Shown here: in pieces, positions 46,910 to 60,495 of the stretch
How positions within the stretch are numbered: position 1 is the stretch's first letter
How the letters are laid out: every line of letters begins with the position of its first letter
NCBI GenBank assembly: GCA_951406725.2
Contig: OX597833.1
Location: 69,936,001-70,000,000, forward strand
Direction of reading: 5' to 3'
Origin: Octopus vulgaris
Lineage: Eukaryota
Length of the DNA: 64,000 nucleotides
Made by a program: the position numbers and the translations under genes
The notes under the pieces: generated by a model
Database searches by the model: none
The model's input: the letters and a program-made list of their open reading frames with translations, nothing else
Told to the model about the DNA's origin: nothing

Positions 46910-46940
46910 GTGTGTATGTATATATATATATATATATGTG

Positions 46941-46986
<46 letters not shown>

Positions 46987-47122
46987 GATTAATGTTCCGT
47001 CAATGTAAGATCAACAAAAAAGCACTCCATCAAGTGAGAGATAAATATCATTTAATATACATAGTATAAAGATATCAAGATGTATACATATACATATATA
47101 CATATATATATATATATACATA

Positions 47123-47166
<44 letters not shown>

Positions 47167-47455
47167 CACACATACATACATAAATACATACATACACACA
47201 TATATAGATAGATAAATAGATATACGTATCTATGCATCACGTATATATATATATATGTGTATACATATAAAAGTAAATAAATGGCACAACGAAGCACCGA
47301 TATTTACTGGAAAATAGCGAACGTAATAAATACGACGCTAATGTATAGCTTCACTGCGTATGTACTAGTGAAGATGCGTGTGTGCACCAAACATGAAAAA
47401 AATTGTCTTACCTCTAGGAAGAACATCTGAAAAATGAAAAACCTAGAAACGGATA

Positions 47456-47527
47456 ATGCAGTATCGGTTTCAGATTCTTCAAAATACGTTTGCCAACGTA
47501 TATTTGATTTATCTTCATCAGCTGCAT
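47456..47527 (-). ncRNA. Type I hammerhead ribozyme motif with extended stem II
   Basis: Minus strand: ATGCAG-CTGATGA-AGAT...ATACGTT GGCA AACGTAT...ATCT-GAAA-CCGA-TA-CTGCAT. 6 bp stem I and intact core. Confidence 0.8.
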
Positions 47528-47630
47528 AAACCTCGACAATATTTCAAATGTTGCCACATCTATGCCAGTACACTCGTCTGAACGCCAAAACGTTAACAGA
47601 ACGGGAACACTGAAGAAGTTTCAATATATA

Positions 47631-47662
<32 letters not shown>

Positions 47663-47767
47663 ATAAATAGCTTATAAAATATAAAATAAGCATGCAATCC
47701 AACTGTTCCTTGATTTAAAGGAGAGATATCGCCACACTGTTTTAGAATCGGTAGTAATTCCACGGTT

Positions 47768-48116
47768 TAGGGGTTCTCAACGAATTTATATCTGCGAACT
47801 CCTCTGATTACTATGGACCCCATACCTATTCGATGTTTAGAAACTAGTTTTATAGAAACTCCTTTCAAAACTTCTTTCGAATTTTCTAAAAAAATTTTTC
47901 ACACATTAAATTGTGTTGACGGAACTACGTAAATTGTTAGAGAAAGAAAACTCGCTGTTTCTTGCATTTCATTCTAATTACATAGATCTAAATCAAAATC
48001 TAATTAGGGGCCCTTAAAATACCATTGATATCCCCAGATTACTATTTCTTTGCGTGGATCTACAAAATCTTATATAGAACCTCAGGAGCATTATGGATCG
48101 CGGTTGAAAACCACTC
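47768..48116. mobile_element. Old hAT-like MITE
   Basis: Termini taggggttctcaac ... gttgaaaaccactc resemble CAGTGGTTCTCAAC-type TIRs; no 8 bp TSD recognisable. Confidence 0.5.
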
Positions 48117-48459
48117 CGTTAGATGAATTCACTGCCGCCTTTAACATGGAATTTAGTCGGAGGACTTTGTCATAAGCCCTACCGGCACTCCTTTATTGAG
48201 CTGCCGTTGCAATATGAACTCTATGCCTTGCAAAATCGAAATGCGATATCCCTATCAAGTATAATACTAATAAATATGTATTTCCTATTATTATACCAAG
48301 TAATATGTCAATGTATATAAGTTTGTTTGTGTGTGTAGGCACACAATGTCGAATTCATGGAGAAAGTGAATGATTGTACGGCACATTATAAATAAATCAT
48401 GTGTACAGGTCGTTCAACAACAGCTGAACACTCAGAGGTCGTCTTCGACAGGAGAGGCA

Positions 48460-48505
<46 letters not shown>

Positions 48506-48508
48506 GCA

Positions 48509-48583
<75 letters not shown>

Positions 48584-48734
48584 ATATATATATCGATATA
48601 TATATGATTGCCTCTCCTGAGAATACTCAATCTGGAACTTTCCTCATCCGTACGTTGTCTCCGACGTCGGAATACCTCAGTATATGGAGATGTCATCCCA
48701 TCATCTGGGATATCCCAGAAACAGGTGTAAGAAA

Positions 48735-49149
48735 TTTCGTCAAGTAATGCCTCAAGGAGCTTATCATCAAACTCAACTGGACGTCCTGTTCGCTCTTTAA
48801 CTTCAAGGCTGAAATCTCCACTTCTGAATTTTGCAAACCATCTTCTGCAAGTTCTTTCGTTCAAGCAATCTTTACCATAAACTGAATGTATGCTTCGACT
48901 CGCTTCGGTTGGAGAGCTTCCTTTTTTGTACTCATAAAGCATTATGTGCCTCAAATGCTATTTGGATACTTCCATGTTAGAAAGGGTTTTAATCAAAGAA
49001 ATTATTCTGTAAAATAATATTTAATTAGTTTAAATGTACACAAATGCATAAAAATAATTTTAAATTCCATTAGACATTCTAAAATACCCTTAAATTTCAT
49101 TCAATTTTAAAAAAAGGTAAAATCGGACAGAACTTATGGGATGACCTGA
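48735..49149 (-). mobile_element. Mariner 5' fragment (TIR plus HTH region pseudogene)
   Basis: Terminus TA-TCAGGTCATCCCATAAGTTCTGTCCG. ATG at 48975: [38 protein letters not shown]. Confidence 0.9.
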
Positions 49150-49213
49150 TACACACAAACACACACACACACATATATATAAATATATATATGTGTATAT
49201 ATATGTGTATATG

Positions 49214-49310
<97 letters not shown>

Positions 49311-49698
49311 TATACACACACACATGCACACACACACACATATATATATATACATATATACACACACATAATAATTCATGCATTTAACCGTATGCTAAGT
49401 ATATTAGATTTATTCATAATATAAATATCAATACACACACATGCGCGCTCACACACACACATACACACACACACACACACTAACAAACAAACAAAGATAC
49501 GCAGAGAGAGAGAAAGAGAGGCAGGGAGAGAGAGATGGGAAGAGAATGCGAAATAAGAATGTGAAGGATGAGTCTCGCCAAATTACTTTTTGCCTGAATA
49601 GTTCTGGTAAATTTGTTTCTGTGTAGCGTGATTTCTCACGTGATTTTGTATTGTTTTGCGAAGGCAATGCTTTGACGTATAGCATATATGCGTGTGTC

Positions 49699-49747
<49 letters not shown>

Positions 49748-49957
49748 TTTGTTTGTGCACCCGCATGTATGTATAAGTAGTATTACCCTACGTAAATGTG
49801 AGCGTATGTTAGCATGTTAAACGTGATAAATCACATGTGGTGTACACAAAATGAAAGTAGTGTTATTTGGCGCAAAAATAATCTTTAAAATCGGCCAAGC
49901 CTATCAACAATCATCTGCTTTTTTTTTGTTCATGTTTTGTCTTAATATATGTGTGTA

Positions 49958-50030
<73 letters not shown>

Positions 50031-50134
50031 TTGTTCATAACGATTCATCAAATTTTCTCTGATAAATGCGAAACAATTGTTGGAACTATTAAGGTTACTG
50101 ACGCGGTTTAGTGAAGGTCGTTTCCTCTTCCTTA

Positions 50135-50680
<546 letters not shown>

Positions 50681-51876
50681 GTGGTTAGAGAGAGATCTCG
50701 CTATTGCGTGCACCAGTAAAAGACCAATGAAACGTGAACTATGAGTCTAAGTAAAACGCATTTACGGTGTCTTTCATTTCAAATCTTAAAGTAATTTATC
50801 AACGAAAATAGGTTTTAAAAAAAACCATTAAAATATAAACAACAAAAAAATAAATATGCAATTAAAATAAAAGAATTTTAAAGTGTCAATAAAATGTATT
50901 CAAGACCTATATTTACAAAGGAAAAACAAAGATTTTCTTCGTAAAGTTTTTTTTTTTTTAATAATAATAACACACTTAATTGCTATATTTTTCTGACCTC
51001 CTGGTTCCAATATATAATTTTTTCCCCCTCAGCCGGGGCTTCTGTATGATCACAAGATCGTTTCGTGTTATTGATGAGATGTTTTATTAAACATTATAAT
51101 AAAGGTGTTCACAATCGATATTTCTCGTTCAACTTCTGTTCCAATCGTATCTATCATACTTATTCTATTAACCCGTAGGTTTAGATTGTATAGAGACGAA
51201 GGATAAATATCGATAAAGATTTCACATCGCTATTCTTATTTCATTTGTGTATTTTAATTTGTTTTTTGTTCCTGTATATTTTTTTCCCTCTACGAACGCA
51301 ATTTAGAATGGGAAATTAAAACGCTTAGCCCTTATATCGAATGCAGCAGTTTTATTATTTTCCCATCTTCTTTTACTGGTTTTAATACTTTTGGCACTGT
51401 GCTAATCTTGTTATGGCACCGGTGTCGAGGTTATTAGCGGCCCATAAAGATCTGAATAATTCTTGCAGTCTGGTACTTACTTTATCCTTCTCTAATTAAC
51501 GAGTGACTGAGCGACCCTTTGAGGGCGATGCGCACAATCTTGTCGTATCGATACGTACATGCAAAACCACACATACTGGACGCATGCACCCACATACACA
51601 CACGCATACATACATAAACACATACGTTTACACAAATAAATACATACACACACACATATATGTCTGCTTGATTAATGCTCTTGCTTGACGGAGTTGGGGG
51701 TCATCCCAGGTTAGTGGTCCCCGAGGTTAGTGGTCCAAATGCTGATATTCCCAAGCGCGCGAATTACTATTGGTATCATGTTTGCTCTCCTCATTGACTT
51801 CGGCCTTCTTATTTCTTCAAACCGTCGTCTTTGTTCAGTTTCTATTTTCTTCTATCTCTTTCTTCTCCGATGTCTG

Positions 51877-51896
51877 TATTATTATTATTATTATTA

Positions 51897-51981
<85 letters not shown>

Positions 51982-51998
51982 CATCATCATCATCATCA

Positions 51999-52051
<53 letters not shown>

Positions 52052-52118
52052 GTTATTGTTATTGTTGTTATTATTATTATTATCAATATTATTATTATCA
52101 TTATTATTATTATCATCA

Positions 52119-52155
<37 letters not shown>

Positions 52156-52178
52156 CATTATTATTATTATTATCATCA

Positions 52179-52219
<41 letters not shown>

Positions 52220-52281
52220 GTTATTGTTATTGTTATTATTATTATTATCAATATTATTATTATCATTATTATTATTATTGC

Positions 52282-52327
<46 letters not shown>

Positions 52328-52378
52328 GCTATTATTATTATTACTATTTTTGCTACTATTATTATTATTATTATTATT
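51877..52378. repeat. (ATT)n compound microsatellite
   Basis: Directly visible. Confidence 0.97.
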
Positions 52379-53085
52379 TTGAGTCAGATTTTGTTCGAAT
52401 CCCTGGAATTTTGCTTGCATAGACACCTTGCTACATACAGCCTATTGTAACATGCTCTCTGACCTTTTCAATTATCTTTCCTGAACATGACTTTTTCAGC
52501 ATGCCTTTTTATCCTTATAATCAGGAAGGAAGGAAGTGCCCGTGTCTAAGTACAGCCTTTTTCACTGTTCCACTGTCGAACGCGCGTACTTACAGACACA
52601 CACACACACTCGAGTAGCCTCATACATCGATCTCATCTGATTGCAAAATCACAACCCAACCGATCGACTACTGATACTCAAATAAGGTCGCGCCTTTGTC
52701 ATCCAAATATACTCTATAACTGATCAAATGAACTCCTGTTATGGCGGCGCCTCGTATTTGCGTAAATTCTCAGTACTGAACTTAATTTCTAATTAATGCG
52801 AGACATAAAGACATTCTGAGGAAAATTTCCTATTTGCTAACAGTCTTTGAAATACATTCCACTAATCACATATTGATTCGTATCTCTAATTAAGAAATCT
52901 GACGGAATTAGTTACATTTTTCATATCATCTGCAACTAATACAACGAAATATGATGTAAATCACAGGCATCCGGTGTAATTATATATTAGAACATGTGGT
53001 AGTTAAAGTATCACCATGATTCAACGATATTAACATGTACACACATACATACATACACACATACATACATACATACATACATACA

Positions 53086-53119
<34 letters not shown>

Positions 53120-53148
53120 CATACATACATACATACATATAAATATAT

Positions 53149-53564
53149 ACTCTTTACTCCTTTACTCTTTTATTTGTTTCAGTCATTTGACTGCGGCCAT
53201 GCTGGAGCACCGCCTTTAATCGAGTAACACAACCCCGGGACTTATTCTTTTTGTTAAGCCCAGTACTTATTCTATCGATCTCTTTTGCCGAACCGCTAAG
53301 TAACGGGGGCGTAAACACACCAGCATCGGTTGTCAAGCAATGCTAGGGGGACAAACACAGACACACAAGCACACACTCGTGTATATATATACATACATAT
53401 ATACGACGGGCTTATTTCAGTTTCCGTCTACCAAATCCACTCACAAGGCTTTGGTCGACCCGAGGCTATAGTAGAAGACACTTGCCCAAGGTACCACGCA
53501 GTGGGACTGAACCCGGAACCCTGTGGTTGGTTAGCAAGCTACTTACCACACAGCCACTCCTGCG

Positions 53565-53566
<2 letters not shown>
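53149..53566 (-). mobile_element. SINE family 1, full length
   Basis: Matches 459-864 in reverse complement. Confidence 0.9.
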
Positions 53567-53659
<93 letters not shown>

Positions 53660-53877
53660 TTTCTTCATTATTAGAGAGGCCGAGCACTAAACGGTGCAAT
53701 GTTTCTTATCATCAGCGCACCTATATATTCTATATTAATTATTTCCAGCTTTTAGCACAAAGCCGGCAACTTTTGGCGAAAGGAATTCCACAAAGTTGGC
53801 GCCTAACAAATTAATTAGTAAGGAACGGTCGACCTAGAGCAGAGTGGAAGAATATTGTCCAGCCAGCCAGCCAGCCA

Positions 53878-54487
53878 TTCATACATGCATACATGCATAC
53901 ATACATACATACATACATACATACACACATACATACATACATACACACATACACACATACATACATACATACATACATACATGCATGCATACATGCATAC
54001 ATACACACATACATACACACATACATACACACACACATACATACATACATACATACATACACACATACATACATACATACATACATACATACACACACAC
54101 ATACATACATACATACATATATACATACATACATACATACACACATACATACATACACACATACATACATACATACACACATACATACATACATACACAC
54201 ATACATACATACACACATACATACATACACACACACATACATACATACATACACACACACATACATACACACATACATACATACACACATACATACATAC
54301 ACACATACATACATACATACATACATACACACATACATACATACATACATACATACATACATACATACATACATACATACACACATACATACATACATAC
54401 ATACATACACACACACATACATACATACATACATACATATATACATACATACATACATACATACATACATACATACATACATACATA
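53878..54487. repeat. (CATA)n/(CA)n compound microsatellite
   Basis: About 610 bp, directly visible. Confidence 0.98.
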
Positions 54488-54526
54488 CAGAGACTAGTTT
54501 CTGAGTATTTGCTCGTCATCAGTCTG
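54488..54526 (-). ncRNA. Minimal type I hammerhead ribozyme motif
   Basis: Minus strand: CAGA-CTGATGA-CGAGCAAATACTCA-GAAA-CTAG-TC-TCTG. Intact core, 4 bp stem I, palindromic stem III loop, GUC cleavage triplet. Confidence 0.75.
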
Positions 54527-54600
54527 GCTGGCTTAGCTGGGTGGAGGTGCTTATCTCCCTCTTTTTAAACATAAGATCACAGGAAATGTGCCAAGGCCGA

Positions 54601-54917
54601 CACTAATCCCCTATAGAATGCTTGGGTTGTGATGGAGTCGCTCAAGGTAGACCCGGGACGGCGGAGTTGCAACTCGAGAGCAACGCGACACTCGCGGTGC
54701 CATTCGCCCTTCCTCGGCCTCTTTTTGATCCACGACTGCAGTTCGGACATGGAGACGAGCTGCGGGAAAGCGTGCCTCACAAACGGCGACCACACCTGTT
54801 CACCGTCGTCTACGAAGAGCCTGAGATGTCGCAGTCTCAGCGCGTGTCTGCGCATCATCAACCACGGCATGCCCAGCCCTCCTTTTAACGGGTGTTGACA
54901 GCAAATGGATCGCCTGA
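54601..54917 (-). mobile_element. Tx1-like LINE ORF2 fragment, copy A (5' junction at the GATA array, 3' end missing)
   Basis: Encodes [28 protein letters not shown]...FYRGLV, homologous to about 57632-57944 but diverged from both C and D. Confidence 0.9.
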
Positions 54918-55783
<866 letters not shown>

Positions 55784-56360
55784 TGTTTCTTTATTAGCCA
55801 CACAGGGCTGCACACAGATAGAACAAATTACAAGGTAGAGCTTTTCTTTTGAAGGTTTAAGAAAGAAAAAAAAAAAAAAAAAAGGAAGGGGGAGTTTCGA
55901 TCAAAAGGGATCGTAAAAGGAGAGAAAGAGGACAAAAAAAGGGGTTTAAAAAAAGGGGGAGGAAAAAAAATTGATCAATAGGGATCGTTATCACAGAAAT
56001 GTCAATATGAAGTGTAAAGGGGAGGACAGGTGAGGTTTACCCGTGCAAAGAAAAGCCTACGGAAAAGACCACGGTAACCTCGGTCAATGATGTCACATTT
56101 TATATTTCTTTTTTTTTTTTTTTTGCAAATAAGCAACTCTCTGTTTTCGATTTCTGGGTTCATAGGACTATGCTCAAGGTGGCTTCGTCATTCATACGTG
56201 CCATTCTTGCTACATTCATCCATCTTTTTTTAAAACATCTGCTAGACAAAACTTGCCTCTCTACTCTCACTTTCCTTTTCAAGTGGTACTTGAAGAAGTT
56301 GATGAGAGATTGACCAGAGAGGAAAGTGTTTGTCTCCAATCCTTTCAGACGCGTCCACCA
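55784..56360 (-). mobile_element. 5'-truncated Tx1-like LINE copy B (same subfamily as D)
   Basis: Near-identical to 62906-63501; encodes [16 protein letters not shown]...SIVL*; both ends abut GATA repeats. Confidence 0.95.
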
Positions 56361-56363
56361 AAA

Positions 56364-56715
<352 letters not shown>

Positions 56716-57017
56716 CTTTCTTTTATTAGCCACACAGGGCTGAATACAGAGGGGACAAATACAAATGCAGAGCTTTTCTTTTTCGAGGGTGGAAAAAATA
56801 AAAAATGTAAGATTGCGATCAAAAGGGATCGAGAGGAGGAAAAAAAGGAAAAAAAAAGAAAATCGTGTATCACAGAAATAATGGTGTAAACATTGATATA
56901 ACAAGATTGGGTTCATCCGTGGGAAGAAAAGCCTACAGAAATGACCACGGGAACCCCAGTCAGGGAGGAAATAAACACATGAGGTCAAAAATGCTCTCTT
57001 TCTTTCTTTTTTACGAT

Positions 57018-60000
57018 CTACAGGATCATGCTCAAAATGGTTTCGTTACTAGCACGCACCATCTTTGCAACATTCACCCATCTTTTTTTGAATCTTTCGC
57101 GAGACAAAACTTCCCTCTCCATTCTCACCTTCCTTTTCAAGTGGTACTTGAAAAAGTTGATGAGCGATTGGCCAGAGAGGTAAGTGTTTGTCTCTAATCC
57201 TTTCGCTCGAGTCCACCACACACATTCTTTCACCATGGCCACCAGTACGATGAAAACTGCCTTGCCTTCCCGGTTGAGGGAAGGGGCGGAGCAATTCTCA
57301 CGATAGACTCGGCCGATAGGCGGATTCGTCCCACACGTGACAGCAGCCGTTCGGCATAAGCCCACAGGTCGGAAATGGTTGGACATTGCACGAGTGCGTG
57401 CAGAACGGTTTCGTCGCTCTGACCGCATCTCGGGCAAGTCGGTCCAGTGTGTCTGGAACCGTGTCTGTAGAGCTTATCCCGAACAGGTAATGCTTCTCGA
57501 TAGCACTGCCAGGCCAGGGATCTTTGGTGATTGTTCATAGGTCCCGGCCCGAAAGTTGTCCTGAACAGGCGGGTCAGGTGTTCCTCGTCGACGCCCAGAC
57601 TCTGCCCGAGTTCGTCGTCGCACCTCCCCTCCACTAATCCTCTATAGAATGCCTTTGTTGTGATGGAGTCGCACAAGTTCGATCCCGGACGGCAGAGTTG
57701 CTTGAGAGCAACGCGACACTCGCGGTGCCATTCGCCTAGCCTCGGTCTCTGCTTGATCCATGACTGTAGTTCGTCCAAGGAGACGAGCTGCGGGAAAGCG
57801 CGCCGCACAAAAGGCGACCACCCCTGTTCACCGTTGTCTATGAAGCGCCGGAGATGTCGCAGTCTCAGCGCATGTCTGCGCATCATCAACCACGGCATGC
57901 CCAGCCCTCCATTTAGCGGGTGTTGGCAGCAAATGGATCACCTAACCATCGGAACGTTTCCCTTCCACAAGAAGCGGAAGAGTATGCGTTCCAGTTTGGT
58001 GATGGTAGGGTCGGGACAAGGCACGACGGTCAGACGATACTCGATGACGGATGCGATGTACGCGTTCGCCACCTCCGCCCGACCTTTTAGGGATAGCTTT
58101 CTCTCAGTCCATTTCTGGGTGAGAGTAGCCACCCTAGTCGTTATCTCGCCCCAGTTCTTCTCCATTTGGAGGTCCGGACCGAACCAGACCCCGAGCAATT
58201 TAACCGGTCCGTCCGTCCAGCGTCCCACGATGGAGACGCTGTTGGACGGCATGGGCTTGCTTCTCCAGTTGCCGAGCCGCAAGCCCACTGACTTTTCCCG
58301 GTTAATTTTTGCTCCCGTTACCGCTTCGTATTCTTTCAGTGTCTCGCCGACCAGCTCGATGTGCTCGTAGCTCGACACTATGACGGTGACGTCATCCGCG
58401 TATGCAGACACGCTCCTCCCGCATCCCAGCTCTCGTGGGATGCCCCTCAGCGTCGCCAGTTTCCGCAGTAGTGGCTCAAGAGTCAGTACATACAGCAGCG
58501 ATGAGAGGGGGCATCCCTGACGAACCGAACGCATGATGTTAAAAGGTCTGGATAGATGACCATTTACGCGAACTACTGAGCGGATGCCGCTGTATAAGGC
58601 AGCGATCCAACCGCGGAAAACTGGACCGAAACCAGCCGCTTTGAGGACAGCCTCCAAGTAGTGATGGTCTACCCTATCGAAGGCTTTTGATTGATCCAAA
58701 TTGATCAGCGCCCCACCCATGCCAGGATTTTTAACTACCCTGTCTATGATGTAGCGCATCAGATGGAGGTTGTCATGAATACTTCTACCCGGCACGGCGC
58801 ATGTTTGCGCCTTGTCGATTAGTTTCTTGATGACAAGCGCCAACCTCTCGGCTAACACCTTGGCCAAAATTTTCAAATCTGCGTTGAGCAGAGTGATGGG
58901 CCTGAAATTATCTATGACGTCCCCCTTGTTTGGGTCTTTCTTGATCAGTGCCACTGCTCCTCGCTTTACAAAAGCAGGAATACTCCCGTTCTGCTGCCAG
59001 TTGCAGTAGACAGCTGCCAAGACGCCTCCAAACAAGTCTGGCATATGAAAATAAAATTCGTAGGGCAGACCATCCAAGCCTGGTGACTTATCTCTCGCGC
59101 AGCCTACCATCGCATCCTGTACATCCGCAGCTGTGATAGGCTTTTCACAAGACTCCACCTCCCTTGCTGAGAGTCGTGGCAAGGCATGCAGGTAGGCACT
59201 AAAGTCCACTCTGCTTTCTGACTCACCACTTGTCCCAAACAGTTGGGTGAAGTGTTGTTGAAAAACCCACACATCCTTTTAGGCTCGAGCAATTCGCGCC
59301 CCTGTTCATCTATAAGAGACTTGATGGTGGCTCTGTTGCCTCGTTGCGTCTCCACCACTCGGGCCTCTTGGGCGGCTCCAACTCCTTCGTTCCTCAGAGC
59401 ACGCATCCTAGCTCTGACAACGCATCCCTCGTGTTTGGCGTTGAGGTGTTGGTCGAGGGCCAATCTCGCCGCCAGTACGTTGGACGCGATGCCAGTTCTA
59501 AGTGCCTCTTCTAAAAACTTAACTAATTCTCCCTCTATTCTATTTCGGTCTAATGCTAGGGCTCTACTGTATCTGACTGATTCTGCTTTAATCGCTTTTT
59601 TTAGGGCATACCACCATCTGTTGTTGATGATGGTACCCGTCAAAGCTCTCTTAACTAATGTGCTGATCCGGTCCCTGTAAACCTGTCGTGCTGTAAAAGA
59701 CGCGTTCAGTTTCCAGTAACCAGGACCCTGCCTATGTGTCTTATCTAAGTCAAGTGTACAAGTCACAAACTTGTGATCTGTGTAACTGACTATATGAAAT
59801 TGTGGACAACCTACACTATTTTTATCTATTGTCCTACAGAATACTCTATCTAAGTATGATCTGGACGACCCGATGCGGTTACTCCATGTCCACATTGGCA
59901 CATTCGGGTGGTCCAGTCGGTACCTGTCAGACAGTTGGAAACGTCTGAGCAGGTCTTTGAGGCATTTGCATCCCCTTCTATTGCTATCTCTGCCCACGTA

Positions 60001-60453
60001 GTCTAGATGCGTGTCCAGGGTGGCATTCCAATCCCCCACTAAAAGTAAAGGACGAGACGTTCCCATGAAAGACTCTAGACGTCGAAAGAAATCTGGTCGG
60101 CCTGTTAAGGACGGAGCATAAACTGCTATCAGTCGAAAAGCACACTCATTGCTGCCATCGACATCCAAAACGACCAGCCTACCCTCCGGGTCTAGGAAAT
60201 TTGCTCTTACTTTGAGATCCAGACTCTTCCGGATAAGCACCGCGGTGCCACCTCCGCCCATTCTCGGTAGACACGGAGAAAAATAAATGTTGAAATGTGT
60301 ACCGAAAATGTGCTGGAGTGCCCGCAAGCTGTGGAGTCTGGTCTCACTGATGGCTATGATATTTAGATTTAGTGACTTGATGTCATTTAACAGGTAGCCT
60401 TGTTTCCAAGGCGACCCCAAGCCACGTACATTTATACTACCTATTCTGAGCAT
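57018..60453 (-). pseudogene. ORF2 of copy C (APE endonuclease, reverse transcriptase, C-terminal CCHC finger), about 1145 aa reconstructed, with 2 frameshifts and 1 stop
   Basis: APE motifs SINVRGL, ISET, VYAP, GDWN, SYLDR, TDH; L1/Tx1 linker GPGYWKLN; RT motifs KSPGLDG, FRPITLLN, DQSKAFDRV, RQGCPLS, YADD; CPRC..ETVLHALVQC. Breaks near 59268, at 57938-57940 (in-frame TGA) and near 57285. Confidence 0.95.
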
Positions 60454-60495
60454 GTTCCGATAAAAGTGCAAAAAAGGAAAAGGAGAGAGAAAAGG

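Noticed and set aside
50055-50086. CTGATAAATGCGAAACAATTGTT hammerhead-like string
   Set aside because: Core G8 is mutated and stem II is absent; likely chance.
53690-53722. Minus-strand CTGATGA-TAA-GAAAC
   Set aside because: No stem II and no UH cleavage site in register.
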